In this document: positions 53,801 to 62,181 of the stretch, one piece after another
Position numbering within the stretch: the stretch's first letter is position 1
Layout: each line of letters opens with the position of its first letter
Position numbers and translations under genes: made by a program
DNA from: an uncultured Verrucomicrobiae bacterium
GTDB taxonomy: Bacteria > Verrucomicrobiota > Verrucomicrobiia > Limisphaerales > Palsa-1400
Length of the DNA: 64,000 nt
Direction: 5' to 3'
Assembly (NCBI GenBank): GCA_963707025.1
Contig: CAVPOM010000012.1
Location: 384,001 to 448,000 of the forward strand
The notes under the pieces: model-generated
What the model saw: the letters and a program-made list of their open reading frames with translations, nothing else
Told to the model about the DNA's origin: nothing
Databases searched by the model: none

Positions 53801-56800
53801 TCCGCTTGCTCCTCGAAAAGCTGGTGAACACATTGATCTTGCGCGAATTCAGCTCGCGTATCATTCCACTCGGTGAGAATCTTCTTTTGTTCGACTTCGG
53901 TTAGCAGCGGCAGTTGCGAAACGCGTTGCTCCACATCGGCGGCGATGCCTTCGAGCAGCCTTTGATAATGCCCCAGCAGCCGCGCGATGGTTTCCCGCTG
54001 GAACAAGTCCGTGTTGTATTCGATAAAACCGCCCAAACCGCCGGCCATTTCCTCCAGCGAAAGCATGAAATCGAACTTCGCCGTGCCGCTGTGCGTCGGA
54101 AGGAGCGTGAGCTTCAGCCCGGCAAGCTCCAGCGGCTGCATCGGCTCGTTTTGCAGAACGAACATGACTTGGAAGAGAGGTGGGCGACTCAAATCGCGCC
54201 CGGGTTGCAGCGCATCAACGATTTTTTCAAAGGGCACTTCCTGATGGGCATAAGCATCCAGCGCCACGCGCCGGTTCCGTCTCAACAATTCCCGGAATGT
54301 CGCATCGCCGGTCAAATCGCCTCGCAGCACAACGGTGTTGAGGAAAAGGCCGATGAGGCATTCCGTCTCAACGCGCGTTCGTCCTGCAACAGGCGAGCCA
54401 ATAAGAATGTCCTGTTGTCCCGTGTAACGATGCAATAAGGCCTGAAACGCTGAGAGCAGAAGCATGAACAGCGTGACGTCCTCTCTCCGACTCAATTGCC
54501 GCAGTTCCTCCAGCAGGTTCGCTGGCAGCGCGAAGTGTTGTGTCGCGCCGCGATAGGTCTGCATAGGCGCACGCGGGTAATCGGTGGGCAAAGCAAGCGC
54601 TGTGGCCGCGCCCTGGAGTTGTTTTATCCAGAAGTTGAGTTGTTTTTCAAGGGCGCCGCCTTGCAGGCGCTCGCGCTGCCAGCGTGCGAAGTCCGCGTAA
54701 TCAAATTTCAATTCCGGCAGCGGCGAGGGTTTTTCATTTGAGAAAGCCTGGTAAAGGGCCGAAAATTCGCGATAGAACACACCCATGGACCAGCCGTCGC
54801 AAACGATGTGGTGCGTGGTCAGCAGGAGCAGATGCTGGGCCTCAGCGAGCCGAATCAACGTTGCCCGGAGCAACGGCCTTTTTGCCAGATCAAACGGTCG
54901 CCGCGCCTCTTCCAACATGCATCGCTTTGCCCTGTCCTCCTGCGCCGTGGCCGTCAACAAACTCAGGTCAACGATGGGAATGGCGACGGCCGCTGCGGGG
55001 ACAACCACAGCCACAGGTCGGCCACCGGCGTCCTTGAAGGAGGTTCGCAATGGTTTGTGACGGCGGACCATTTCCGCCATCGCACGCTCCAACGCCGACA
55101 GGTTGAGCGCGCCTTCCATCCGGAAGGCAACCGGAATATTGTTGAACGGCTGGCCCGGCTCGAGCTGCTCCATAAACCAGAGCCGTTCCTGCGCGAATGA
55201 GAGCGGAGATGCGCCGTTGCGCTCCGGGGGCGCGGGCGCGGGGCCTGCCGGCGGCGTGGCGTGGCTTAAGGCCTCCATCTTTTCCGCCAACTCCGCCACG
55301 GTGGGCGAACTGAATAAATCCTGGAGCGGCAGATCAACCTGAAAGGCGTTGCGCGCCCGCAAGACCACCTGGGTGGCCGTGAGTGAGTGGCCGCCGATGG
55401 CAAAAAAATCATCATGCACCCCGACTTCTTTGCGGCCGAGAACTTCGCTCCAGATTTGAGCCAGCGCTGTTTCAGCCGGCGTTCGCGGCGCGACAAATGA
55501 TTTCTCCGAATCGGCCGAAAAATCCGGCGGCGGCAGAGCTCTGCGGTCCACTTTCCCGTTCGGTGACAGCGGCAGCGCGTCCAGCAGCACGAAAGCTGAA
55601 GGCACCATGGCTCCGGGCAGTATCTGTTTCAGAAATTCGCGCAAAACGCCGGGAGTCAAGGACGGCCCCGGCGCCGGCACCACGTAAGCCGCCAGACGAT
55701 TCTCTCCGCGCGCATCCGCACACGCGACGACGACGGATTCACGCACGCCGACATGCCGGAGAAGAGTGGCTTCGACTTCACCCAGTTCGATGCGCTGACC
55801 GCGAACCTTGACCTGATAGTCCAAGCGACCGAGGAACTCGATTTGGCCGTCCGGCCGCCAGCGGACCAGGTCGCCTGTTTTATACAGACGCGCCTGGGGA
55901 TTTCTGTGGAACGGGTTGGGAATGAATTTCTCGGCCGTGAGTTCAGGGCGGTTGTGGTAGCCGCGCGCCAGGCCAACGCCGCCGATGTGCAACTCGCCCG
56001 GCACGCCAAGGGGCACGGGTTGGGCGTGCCGGTCCAGAATGAAAACCTGCGTGTTGGCAATAGGCCGGCCGATGGGCGGTGGCTTGGCCGGGGCCTCCTG
56101 CGCAGGAACCAAAGCCGAGGTTGCCACCACCGTGCTCTCGGTCGGCCCATAGTGGTTAATCAAACCACAGGGCAGATCTGGCCGCGGGCCATGGTGCAGC
56201 TTGTCGCCCCCGGTCAGCAAGGCCCGCAACGCGCTTTGCCCCGGCCACGATCCGTTGAGCATCGCTTCGGCCAGGGGGGTGGGCACGAACGCCAGCGTGA
56301 TGTTGTTGGCGGCCAGCCAAGCCGGAAGCTTCTCCGGCGAAAGGCGGGTTTCTTGGTCGGGAATATGGATGCTGGCGCCCGCCGTCAGATACGGCCACAA
56401 TTCCCAAACGGAAGCATCGAAGGCCGGCGTGGCGATCTGACTGGCGCGATCGGCGGGCGTCACTCTGTAAGTGCGCTGGTGCCAGGCGATCAGATTGACC
56501 AGGCTGGCGTGTTCGATCTCCACGCCTTTGGGCGCGCCGGTGGAGCCGGAAGTGTAAATGACATAGGCCAGATGGGTTGGAGATGGATTGGCCGCGCGCG
56601 AGTTGCAGCCCTCTTCGGGCGGTGCGGCTGGCGGCGCGGCATCAAGAGAATCCACGCAGACAAATTTTAGATTTGACCTCTCGAAATTCAGTGTCTGGCT
56701 CCAGGATTGCCGCGTGATCAGCACGGGCGTTCTGGCGTCTTCCAGCATGAACTTGAGCCTTTCGTTTGGAGAGGCCGGGTCGAGTGGCACGCAAGCTCCG

Positions 56801-58422
56801 CCGGCTTTCCATACGGCCAGCCAGGCCACCACCATTTCGGCCGAGCGTTCCAGGCACACTCCCACGCAAACATCCGGTCCAACTCCGAACCTTCGCAATT
56901 CCGCGGCCAACCAGTTGGCGCGAGCATTCAATTCGCAGTAGCTCAACCGCGTTGATGGATCTGCCACGGCCAGCGCGTCCGGAGTGCGCCCGGCTTGTTC
57001 CTGGAAGAGTTGATGGACGCATTTGTCTTTTGGAAAATCAGCGCGTGTATTATTCCATTTGACGAGCAACTGATGGCGCTCGCTCTCGCTCAACATGGGC
57101 AGCTCGGAAACCTTCCCTCCCGCATCCGCCGCCATGCCTTCGAGCAGCGTTCTGAAATGGGTCAGCATCCGCGTGATGGCCTCGTCGTCAAAACGGGTGC
57201 GGTGGTAAAGAATCTTGATCAACACCGTTTCGTCGCCGTAGGCGTCCACGACCAGAGGATAGTTGGATTGGCTGCATATTCCGAACTCGCGTGCCGTCCA
57301 CGGGCCGCCTTGCGCGCGCAAGGCGGCGTCCCAGGACGGGGCTTGGAAATTCAAAATGCTCTCGAACAACGGCTGGCCTCGGGGCGCCTCACTCCAGCTC
57401 TGGATGTCCACCAGCGGTGTATGCTCAAATTCGCGCAACTCGACCCACTGGCTTCTTAACTCCGTCAGCCAGCGCACAACCTCGCTGTCCGCCCTCACCT
57501 GAACCCGCAGCGGGACGGTGTTGATGCAAAGCCCGACCAGGGATTCCGCCTCTTCGATGGTGGCATGACGGCAGGCCCGGACCACGCCGAAGACCACGTC
57601 TTCCTCGCCGCTGTAGCGGCTCAGCAGAAGAGCCCACGCGCCTTGGACCAGAGTGTTCAGCGTCAATTTATTTGTTTTGGCGAAGGACTTGAGCGCCGAG
57701 GTGGTCAGTTCGGACAACTGGATTTGCTGCTCGCCACGAATTCTACCAGCTTCGTCCTCACCACTTGCGTTGCGGGCCACGACCAATGATGTCGGCGTGT
57801 TGAAGCCTTTGAGGTGCTGCCGCCAAAAAACTTCTGCCTTGGCCCTGTCCCTTTTCCGCACCCAATCAATAAAACCGCGGTAGGAACGAGGCGGAGGCAG
57901 TTCCAAATCTGCACCGCGACTGAAGGCTTCGTAGGAGGCGAAAACTTCGTTGAGTAAGATGACCACGGCGCGGCCATCGAGCAAAAGATGGTGGAAAGTC
58001 CAAAGAAACTGCCATGCCTGCTCGCCAAGGCGGAAGATCGCCAGGCGCATCAGTGGCGCAGTGGCCAGATCAAAACCGCGTTTGCGCTCGGTTTCGAGCC
58101 AATCGGAGAACAGCTCTTTCCGTTCGGTATCGGAAAGGCCGCGCCAGTCTTGCTGGGAGAACTCAATTTCGGCTTGGGGATGAACTTCCTGCCACGGCTC
58201 GGTGGATTGGTGCCAGTGAAAGCTTGTGCGCAGCACGGCATGGCGGGCCACCGCGCGCCGCCAAGCCGATTGGAAGGCCGCCACATTCAAGTCCTCGTGC
58301 AACGCGCAGAATATCTGTTCCACATCCACGCCTGCCGCGGGCGTGGAGGACAGGCTGTGGAAGAGCATCCCCTGCTGCATAGGAGAGAGTGGATAAGAGT
58401 CTGTTGTCAGTTCCGTGCTCAT
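50884..58422 (-). CDS. NRPS C-A(Leu)-PCP-C-A(Gly, interrupted by luciferase-like monooxygenase)-PCP
   Basis: HHLLLDG, HHIVCDG, two YTSGSTG.PKG, GGHSL/GGNSL; A codes read as DAWFLGHVVK and DILQLGMVWK; insert FSLFYF..WTPERHFH..AEEWSVVDNLSNGR. Confidence 0.93.
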   Translation of the reverse strand: MSTELTTDSYPLSPMQQGMLFHSLSSTPAAGVDVEQIFCALHEDLNVAAFQSAWRRAVARHAVLRTSFHWHQSTEPWQEVHPQAEIEFSQQDWRGLSDTERKELFSDWLETERKRGFDLATAPLMRLAIFRLGEQAWQFLWTFHHLLLDGRAVVILLNEVFASYEAFSRGADLELPPPRSYRGFIDWVRKRDRAKAEVFWRQHLKGFNTPTSLVVARNASGEDEAGRIRGEQQIQLSELTTSALKSFAKTNKLTLNTLVQGAWALLLSRYSGEEDVVFGVVRACRHATIEEAESLVGLCINTVPLRVQVRADSEVVRWLTELRSQWVELREFEHTPLVDIQSWSEAPRGQPLFESILNFQAPSWDAALRAQGGPWTAREFGICSQSNYPLVVDAYGDETVLIKILYHRTRFDDEAITRMLTHFRTLLEGMAADAGGKVSELPMLSESERHQLLVKWNNTRADFPKDKCVHQLFQEQAGRTPDALAVADPSTRLSYCELNARANWLAAELRRFGVGPDVCVGVCLERSAEMVVAWLAVWKAGGACVPLDPASPNERLKFMLEDARTPVLITRQSWSQTLNFERSNLKFVCVDSLDAAPPAAPPEEGCNSRAANPSPTHLAYVIYTSGSTGAPKGVEIEHASLVNLIAWHQRTYRVTPADRASQIATPAFDASVWELWPYLTAGASIHIPDQETRLSPEKLPAWLAANNITLAFVPTPLAEAMLNGSWPGQSALRALLTGGDKLHHGPRPDLPCGLINHYGPTESTVVATSALVPAQEAPAKPPPIGRPIANTQVFILDRHAQPVPLGVPGELHIGGVGLARGYHNRPELTAEKFIPNPFHRNPQARLYKTGDLVRWRPDGQIEFLGRLDYQVKVRGQRIELGEVEATLLRHVGVRESVVVACADARGENRLAAYVVPAPGPSLTPGVLREFLKQILPGAMVPSAFVLLDALPLSPNGKVDRRALPPPDFSADSEKSFVAPRTPAETALAQIWSEVLGRKEVGVHDDFFAIGGHSLTATQVVLRARNAFQVDLPLQDLFSSPTVAELAEKMEALSHATPPAGPAPAPPERNGASPLSFAQERLWFMEQLEPGQPFNNIPVAFRMEGALNLSALERAMAEMVRRHKPLRTSFKDAGGRPVAVVVPAAAVAIPIVDLSLLTATAQEDRAKRCMLEEARRPFDLAKRPLLRATLIRLAEAQHLLLLTTHHIVCDGWSMGVFYREFSALYQAFSNEKPSPLPELKFDYADFARWQRERLQGGALEKQLNFWIKQLQGAATALALPTDYPRAPMQTYRGATQHFALPANLLEELRQLSRREDVTLFMLLLSAFQALLHRYTGQQDILIGSPVAGRTRVETECLIGLFLNTVVLRGDLTGDATFRELLRRNRRVALDAYAHQEVPFEKIVDALQPGRDLSRPPLFQVMFVLQNEPMQPLELAGLKLTLLPTHSGTAKFDFMLSLEEMAGGLGGFIEYNTDLFQRETIARLLGHYQRLLEGIAADVEQRVSQLPLLTEVEQKKILTEWNDTRAEFAQDQCVHQLFEEQAEGRPDAVAVVFEDKPLTYRALNDGANHLAMELQSLGVGPDTRVGICVRRSLDMMVGLLAILKAGGCYVPLDPAYPKERLAFMLQDAQVPVLLTQEKLRDELKLEAPNLKLLCLDAPHPKAPGANPAATRQTDVKPENLAYVMYTSGSTGKPKGVMVTHRNVVNFFAGIDAVLGTDPGVWLAVTSISFDISVLELFWTLARGFKVIIQSEDDRVPTSAPGGEAPDKKLDFSLFYFANDAGNGNGDKYRLLIEGAKFADEHGFAAVWTPERHFHAFGALFPNASVTSAALAMVTKRIQIRAGSVVLPLHHPIRIAEEWSVVDNLSNGRIAVSFASGWHDRDFAFAPVNYESRKKIMFDGIETVRKLWRGETVRCLTGAGVETEIRTFPRPVQTELPVWITGSGQQETFRKAGELGANLLTHLLGQSLEELAAKIRIYRAARAEHHEGEGRVALMLHTFVGQDLNAVREKVRKPFCDYLKSSTDLLKSLGRDGSGEGSDLKNVAEHDLDAMAQRAFDRYFTRFGLLGTPESCQPLINQLKSIGVDEVACLINFGVDHHSVIDSLPELQRLLELSNAPASSRTAGRSVPEQIRRHGATHLQCTPSLAKMLVLAPEASQAMRQLETLLVGGEALPNSLAKRLREIMRGEILNMYGPTETTVWSTVHRLDGRDPIVPIGRPLANTEIYILDPHLRPVPIGVPGEILIGGEGVARGYLNRPELTEEKFIRHPFSADARARLYRTGDLGRFGADGTIEFLGRLDHQVKIRGHRIELSEIELALSRHAAVREMVVVAREDSPGDKRLVAYVVAASNTKPTASELRRFAQATLPEAMIPSAFVFLDALPLTPNGKVNRVALPVPEGRRPELDTAYLAPRSRIEKTIAKVWRELLGVEQAGLHDNFFDLGGNSLLVVQAQARLGEALGRTLPVVKLFQYPTINALAGFLDQSEPTSPGKTPDRGRLKQAIFNQHQKRKPEVTA

Positions 58423-58838
58423 TTGGCCGTTTAAAACATGCCGCAACGTTAAACGAGCCAGCGCCGGGAGTATAAGTGGGTGAAAACCTCTAATGAGGCG
58501 GATGAACACCCCAGTCAGTGACACCACATTGTAACAGTCGCTGAAAAGAGAGGGCCATCAATCCATGTCGCCGCACGGCTTTGGCGCGTTATTAATCAAT
58601 CATGCCGGCAACGACTTTATCATTCAGGAGGACGCGCGGCGTGGGATTACGCCGGACGAAGTTCGGCTCCCCAGCCCGCCTCCAAATCAAGAAAGTGTCT
58701 GACAAAATCAAACCCGGCGCATGGGGTTGATTACCCCGAGGTTTTCCGGGTTTCACCCATCTATTAAAAAAATTCAGCCGCCGTAAGGTTGGCGGCGACA
58801 TGAGTAGATTAAACAAGGAAAAATTCGCCTTATGAATT

Positions 58839-61800
58839 ATGAAAACAGGAAAAACACTTTCGCACGCAACCGACCTTCTCCGGACACGGTGGCCTCGGCC
58901 CATTATCATCGGCGCCACACTGCTGCTGGGCCTTTGGGCGCCAACGCAAGTCCGCGCCCAAACCAGCGTCAATACCAAATTGACCGCGAGTGTGAGCGGC
59001 GGCCAGGTTCAATTGCGACTGCAAGGTCAGGCCAACCAAACCTATCTCGTTCAGGTCTCCTCGGACTTGAAAAACTGGACGACTGTCGCCAGAGGGCAGA
59101 CGGCAGGCGATGGCAGCATGACCGTTACGGACACGTGGGCCACGCGTGTTCAAGGGCGATATTACCGCTCCGTGCTGTTGGGTTTCCCGACCGGCAATGC
59201 GTCGGCGAGCCTGTACCGGCCGGATCGAATCCTGGTCAAACCCAAAGCGGGCGTGAATTTGGGCGGGCTGAACCTGACCCTGGGTGTGAATATGTTGCAG
59301 GAATTCCCTGCCATCGGACATTTGCAAGTTCTACAAGTGCCGCCCGGCAAGACGGCGGATCTGCTCATCGCCTCTTTTCAAGCCAGCGGTCAGGTTCAAT
59401 ACGCCGAACACGATTACATCGTGCATGCGCTGGTGACGCCCAACGATTTTTATTACAACGACGATGACACGCTTTGGGGATTGCACAACGACGGTTCAAA
59501 CGGCGGCCTCACCAATGCCGATATCCACGCACCGGAAGCCTGGGACATTCAGAACACTGCCAGCAACGTGACCGTGGCCGTCATTGATACGGGCGTGCGC
59601 TACACCCACGAAGACCTGGCCTCCAACATGTGGGTCAATCCCAACGATGGCAGTCACGGCCTCAATACCGTGACCAACGGCAATGCCGCCAACGACCCCA
59701 ACGACGATTACGGTCACGGCTCACACGTGGCTGGCATCCTTGGCGCCGTGGGCGACAATTTCGTCGGCGTGGTCGGAGTGGCCTGGAGTGTGCCGATCAT
59801 GGCCTGCTGTTTCCTGGATTCCACCGGCAACGGCACCATTTCCGACGCCATCGCCTGCATGGACTACGCCCGCACCAACGGCGCGGAAATTGTCAACGCC
59901 AGTTGGGGCACCACCAATTTCGATTCGCAGGCCCTGTATGATGCCATTGATAATTTGCGCCAGGCCGGAATTATTTTTGTGGCGGCCGCCGGCAATTCGT
60001 CCTACGACAACGATATGACCCCCATTTATCCCGCTAGCTACAACCTGGACAATATTATCGCCGTGGCCGCCACAACGCGCAGCGATCAATTGGCCAGCTT
60101 TTCGGATTACGGACCGACCAACGTGGCCCTCGGCGCGCCCGGCGTGGACATTGAGTCGTGCTGGAACGGGTCCGACCACGATTACGAAAGCCAATCCGGA
60201 ACGTCCATGGCCGCCGCCTATGTTTCGGGTGCGTGCGCCATCTTGCGCGCGCATTTTCCCAACGAGGATTATCACCAGATCATCAGCCAAATTTTAACCA
60301 ACGTCGATCAGGTGCCCAGCCTGCAAGGCCAATGCCGCAGCGGCGGTCGCCTGAATCTGTACAGAGCGCTGACGTCCGGCTCTCCGGCGCATCCTCCCTT
60401 GGCGGCCAATTTCACGGCCAGTCCAACCAACGGCCAGGCGCCGTTAGCCGTCCAATTCACCGACACGTCCACCGGCAGCCCGACGGCGTGGGATTGGAAT
60501 TTTGGCGACGGCTCGACGGACAGCACAACGGAGAATCCGTCGCACATTTACACCAATGCGGGAACTTTCACGGTGACCTTGACCGTGACCGGCAGCGGCG
60601 GCGCGACCAGCAGCGCGAGTGGAACGATTACGGCCACCAACACGAGTCCGCCGCCTCCGCCTCCCTTGGCGGCCAGTTTCACGGCCAGTCCAACCAACGG
60701 CCAGGCGCCATTAACCGTCCAATTCACCGACACGTCCATCGGCAGCCCGACGGCGTGGGATTGGAATTTTGGCGACGGCTCGACGGACGGCACAACGGAG
60801 AATCCGTCGCACATTTACACCAATGCGGGAACTTTCACGGTGACCTTGACCGTGACCGGCAGCGGCGGCGCGACCAGTAGCACGAGTGGAACGATTACGG
60901 CCACCAACGCCAGTCCGCCGCCTCCTCCACCCTTGGCGGCCAATTTCACGGCCAGTCCGACCAACGGCCAGGCGCCGTTAGCCGTCCAATTCACCGACAT
61001 GTCCACCGGCAGCCCGACGGCGTGGGATTGGAATTTTGGCGACGGCTCGACGGACAGTACAACGGGGAATCCGTCACATACCTTCACGAGCGCGGGCAAT
61101 TTCACCGTGACTTTGACCGTGAGCGGCAGCGCTGGGCAAACCAGCAGTGGCAGTCAATCCATCACCGTCACAAACCCACCGGCAGCAGTAACGGCGCAAT
61201 TCTCGGCGAACCCGGCTTCGGGCCAGGCGCCTTTGGCGGTGCAGTTCACCGATCAATCCACCGGACCGGTGACGGCCTGGAAGTGGAACTTCGGCGACGG
61301 CTCGACCAGTTCGGCGCAAAATCCGTCGCACACTTACAGCAGCGCGGGATCGTTCACCGCCATGTTGACCGTGAGCGGCAGCGCTGGGCAAACCAGCAGT
61401 GGCAGTCAATCCATCACCGTCACAAACCCACCGGCAGCCGTGACGGCTCAATTCTCGGCGAACCCGACTTCGGGCCAGGCGCCTTTGGCGGTGCAATTCA
61501 CCGATCAATCCACCGGACCGGTGACGGCCTGGAAGTGGAGCTTCGGCGACGGCTCGACCAGTTCGGCGCAAAATCCGTCGCACACTTACAGCAGCGCGGG
61601 ATCGTTCACCGCCATGTTGACCGTGAGCGGCAGCAGCCAACAGATTAGCAGCGCAAGTCAGACCATTACGGTCACCAATGCGCCACCGCCACCCATTGTG
61701 GTGACCGTGGTTACCTCGCAATCGTTGGCCACGACTTTGACCCCTGGAGCGTTCACCCTGACGCGCACCGGGAGCACCAGTTCGCCTCTGACAATCAACT

Positions 61801-62015
61801 ATGGTCTTGGCGGCACGGCGGTGAATGGAGTTAATTACGAGTCGTTGAGTGGTTCGGCGGTGATTCCTGCTGGCTCGTCCTCCGTCACGGTGCTGGTCGA
61901 GCCCATAGGGCTGCTGGACTTGTTGAGGACCGTCGTGCTGACCGTTTCGCCCGGCCAGGCTTACGCTGTGGGGTCGCCCGGTTCAGCCACGGTGACCATT
62001 GTGGTCTCCTTTTAA
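58839..62015 (+). CDS. Secreted S8 subtilase with five PKD domains and a Calx-beta-like C-terminus
   Basis: Signal peptide; VIDTG, HGSHVAG, AAAGN, GTSMAA; five W.W.FGDG repeats. Confidence 0.93.
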   Translation: MKTGKTLSHATDLLRTRWPRPIIIGATLLLGLWAPTQVRAQTSVNTKLTASVSGGQVQLRLQGQANQTYLVQVSSDLKNWTTVARGQTAGDGSMTVTDTWATRVQGRYYRSVLLGFPTGNASASLYRPDRILVKPKAGVNLGGLNLTLGVNMLQEFPAIGHLQVLQVPPGKTADLLIASFQASGQVQYAEHDYIVHALVTPNDFYYNDDDTLWGLHNDGSNGGLTNADIHAPEAWDIQNTASNVTVAVIDTGVRYTHEDLASNMWVNPNDGSHGLNTVTNGNAANDPNDDYGHGSHVAGILGAVGDNFVGVVGVAWSVPIMACCFLDSTGNGTISDAIACMDYARTNGAEIVNASWGTTNFDSQALYDAIDNLRQAGIIFVAAAGNSSYDNDMTPIYPASYNLDNIIAVAATTRSDQLASFSDYGPTNVALGAPGVDIESCWNGSDHDYESQSGTSMAAAYVSGACAILRAHFPNEDYHQIISQILTNVDQVPSLQGQCRSGGRLNLYRALTSGSPAHPPLAANFTASPTNGQAPLAVQFTDTSTGSPTAWDWNFGDGSTDSTTENPSHIYTNAGTFTVTLTVTGSGGATSSASGTITATNTSPPPPPPLAASFTASPTNGQAPLTVQFTDTSIGSPTAWDWNFGDGSTDGTTENPSHIYTNAGTFTVTLTVTGSGGATSSTSGTITATNASPPPPPPLAANFTASPTNGQAPLAVQFTDMSTGSPTAWDWNFGDGSTDSTTGNPSHTFTSAGNFTVTLTVSGSAGQTSSGSQSITVTNPPAAVTAQFSANPASGQAPLAVQFTDQSTGPVTAWKWNFGDGSTSSAQNPSHTYSSAGSFTAMLTVSGSAGQTSSGSQSITVTNPPAAVTAQFSANPTSGQAPLAVQFTDQSTGPVTAWKWSFGDGSTSSAQNPSHTYSSAGSFTAMLTVSGSSQQISSASQTITVTNAPPPPIVVTVVTSQSLATTLTPGAFTLTRTGSTSSPLTINYGLGGTAVNGVNYESLSGSAVIPAGSSSVTVLVEPIGLLDLLRTVVLTVSPGQAYAVGSPGSATVTIVVSF
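60395..61680 (+). repeat. Near-identical PKD-coding tandem repeats (3 x 267 bp, then 252-bp units)
   Basis: ggcggcca.tttcacggccagtcc at 60401, 60668, 60935; gtgagcggcagcgctgggcaaacc at 61119 and 61371. Confidence 0.9.
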
Positions 62016-62097
62016 CTGGGGGAGGAAACCAGGAATGAGAAGGTTTTGGACGATGACAACGGCCGCTCCTGACATCCAGGTGACGCGGGGCCAAATA

Positions 62098-62121
62098 ACC
62101 GGTGTTCAACCCACCGGTTTT
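62098..62121 (+). terminator. Possible intrinsic terminator after the subtilase gene
   Basis: accggtg-ttcaacc-caccggt stem-loop followed by a short T run. Confidence 0.3.
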
Positions 62122-62181
62122 AGGGTGTTCACCCACTTTCCAACGGCGGGAGGCGTTCTATGCAGAAAATAAATTGTGTTT

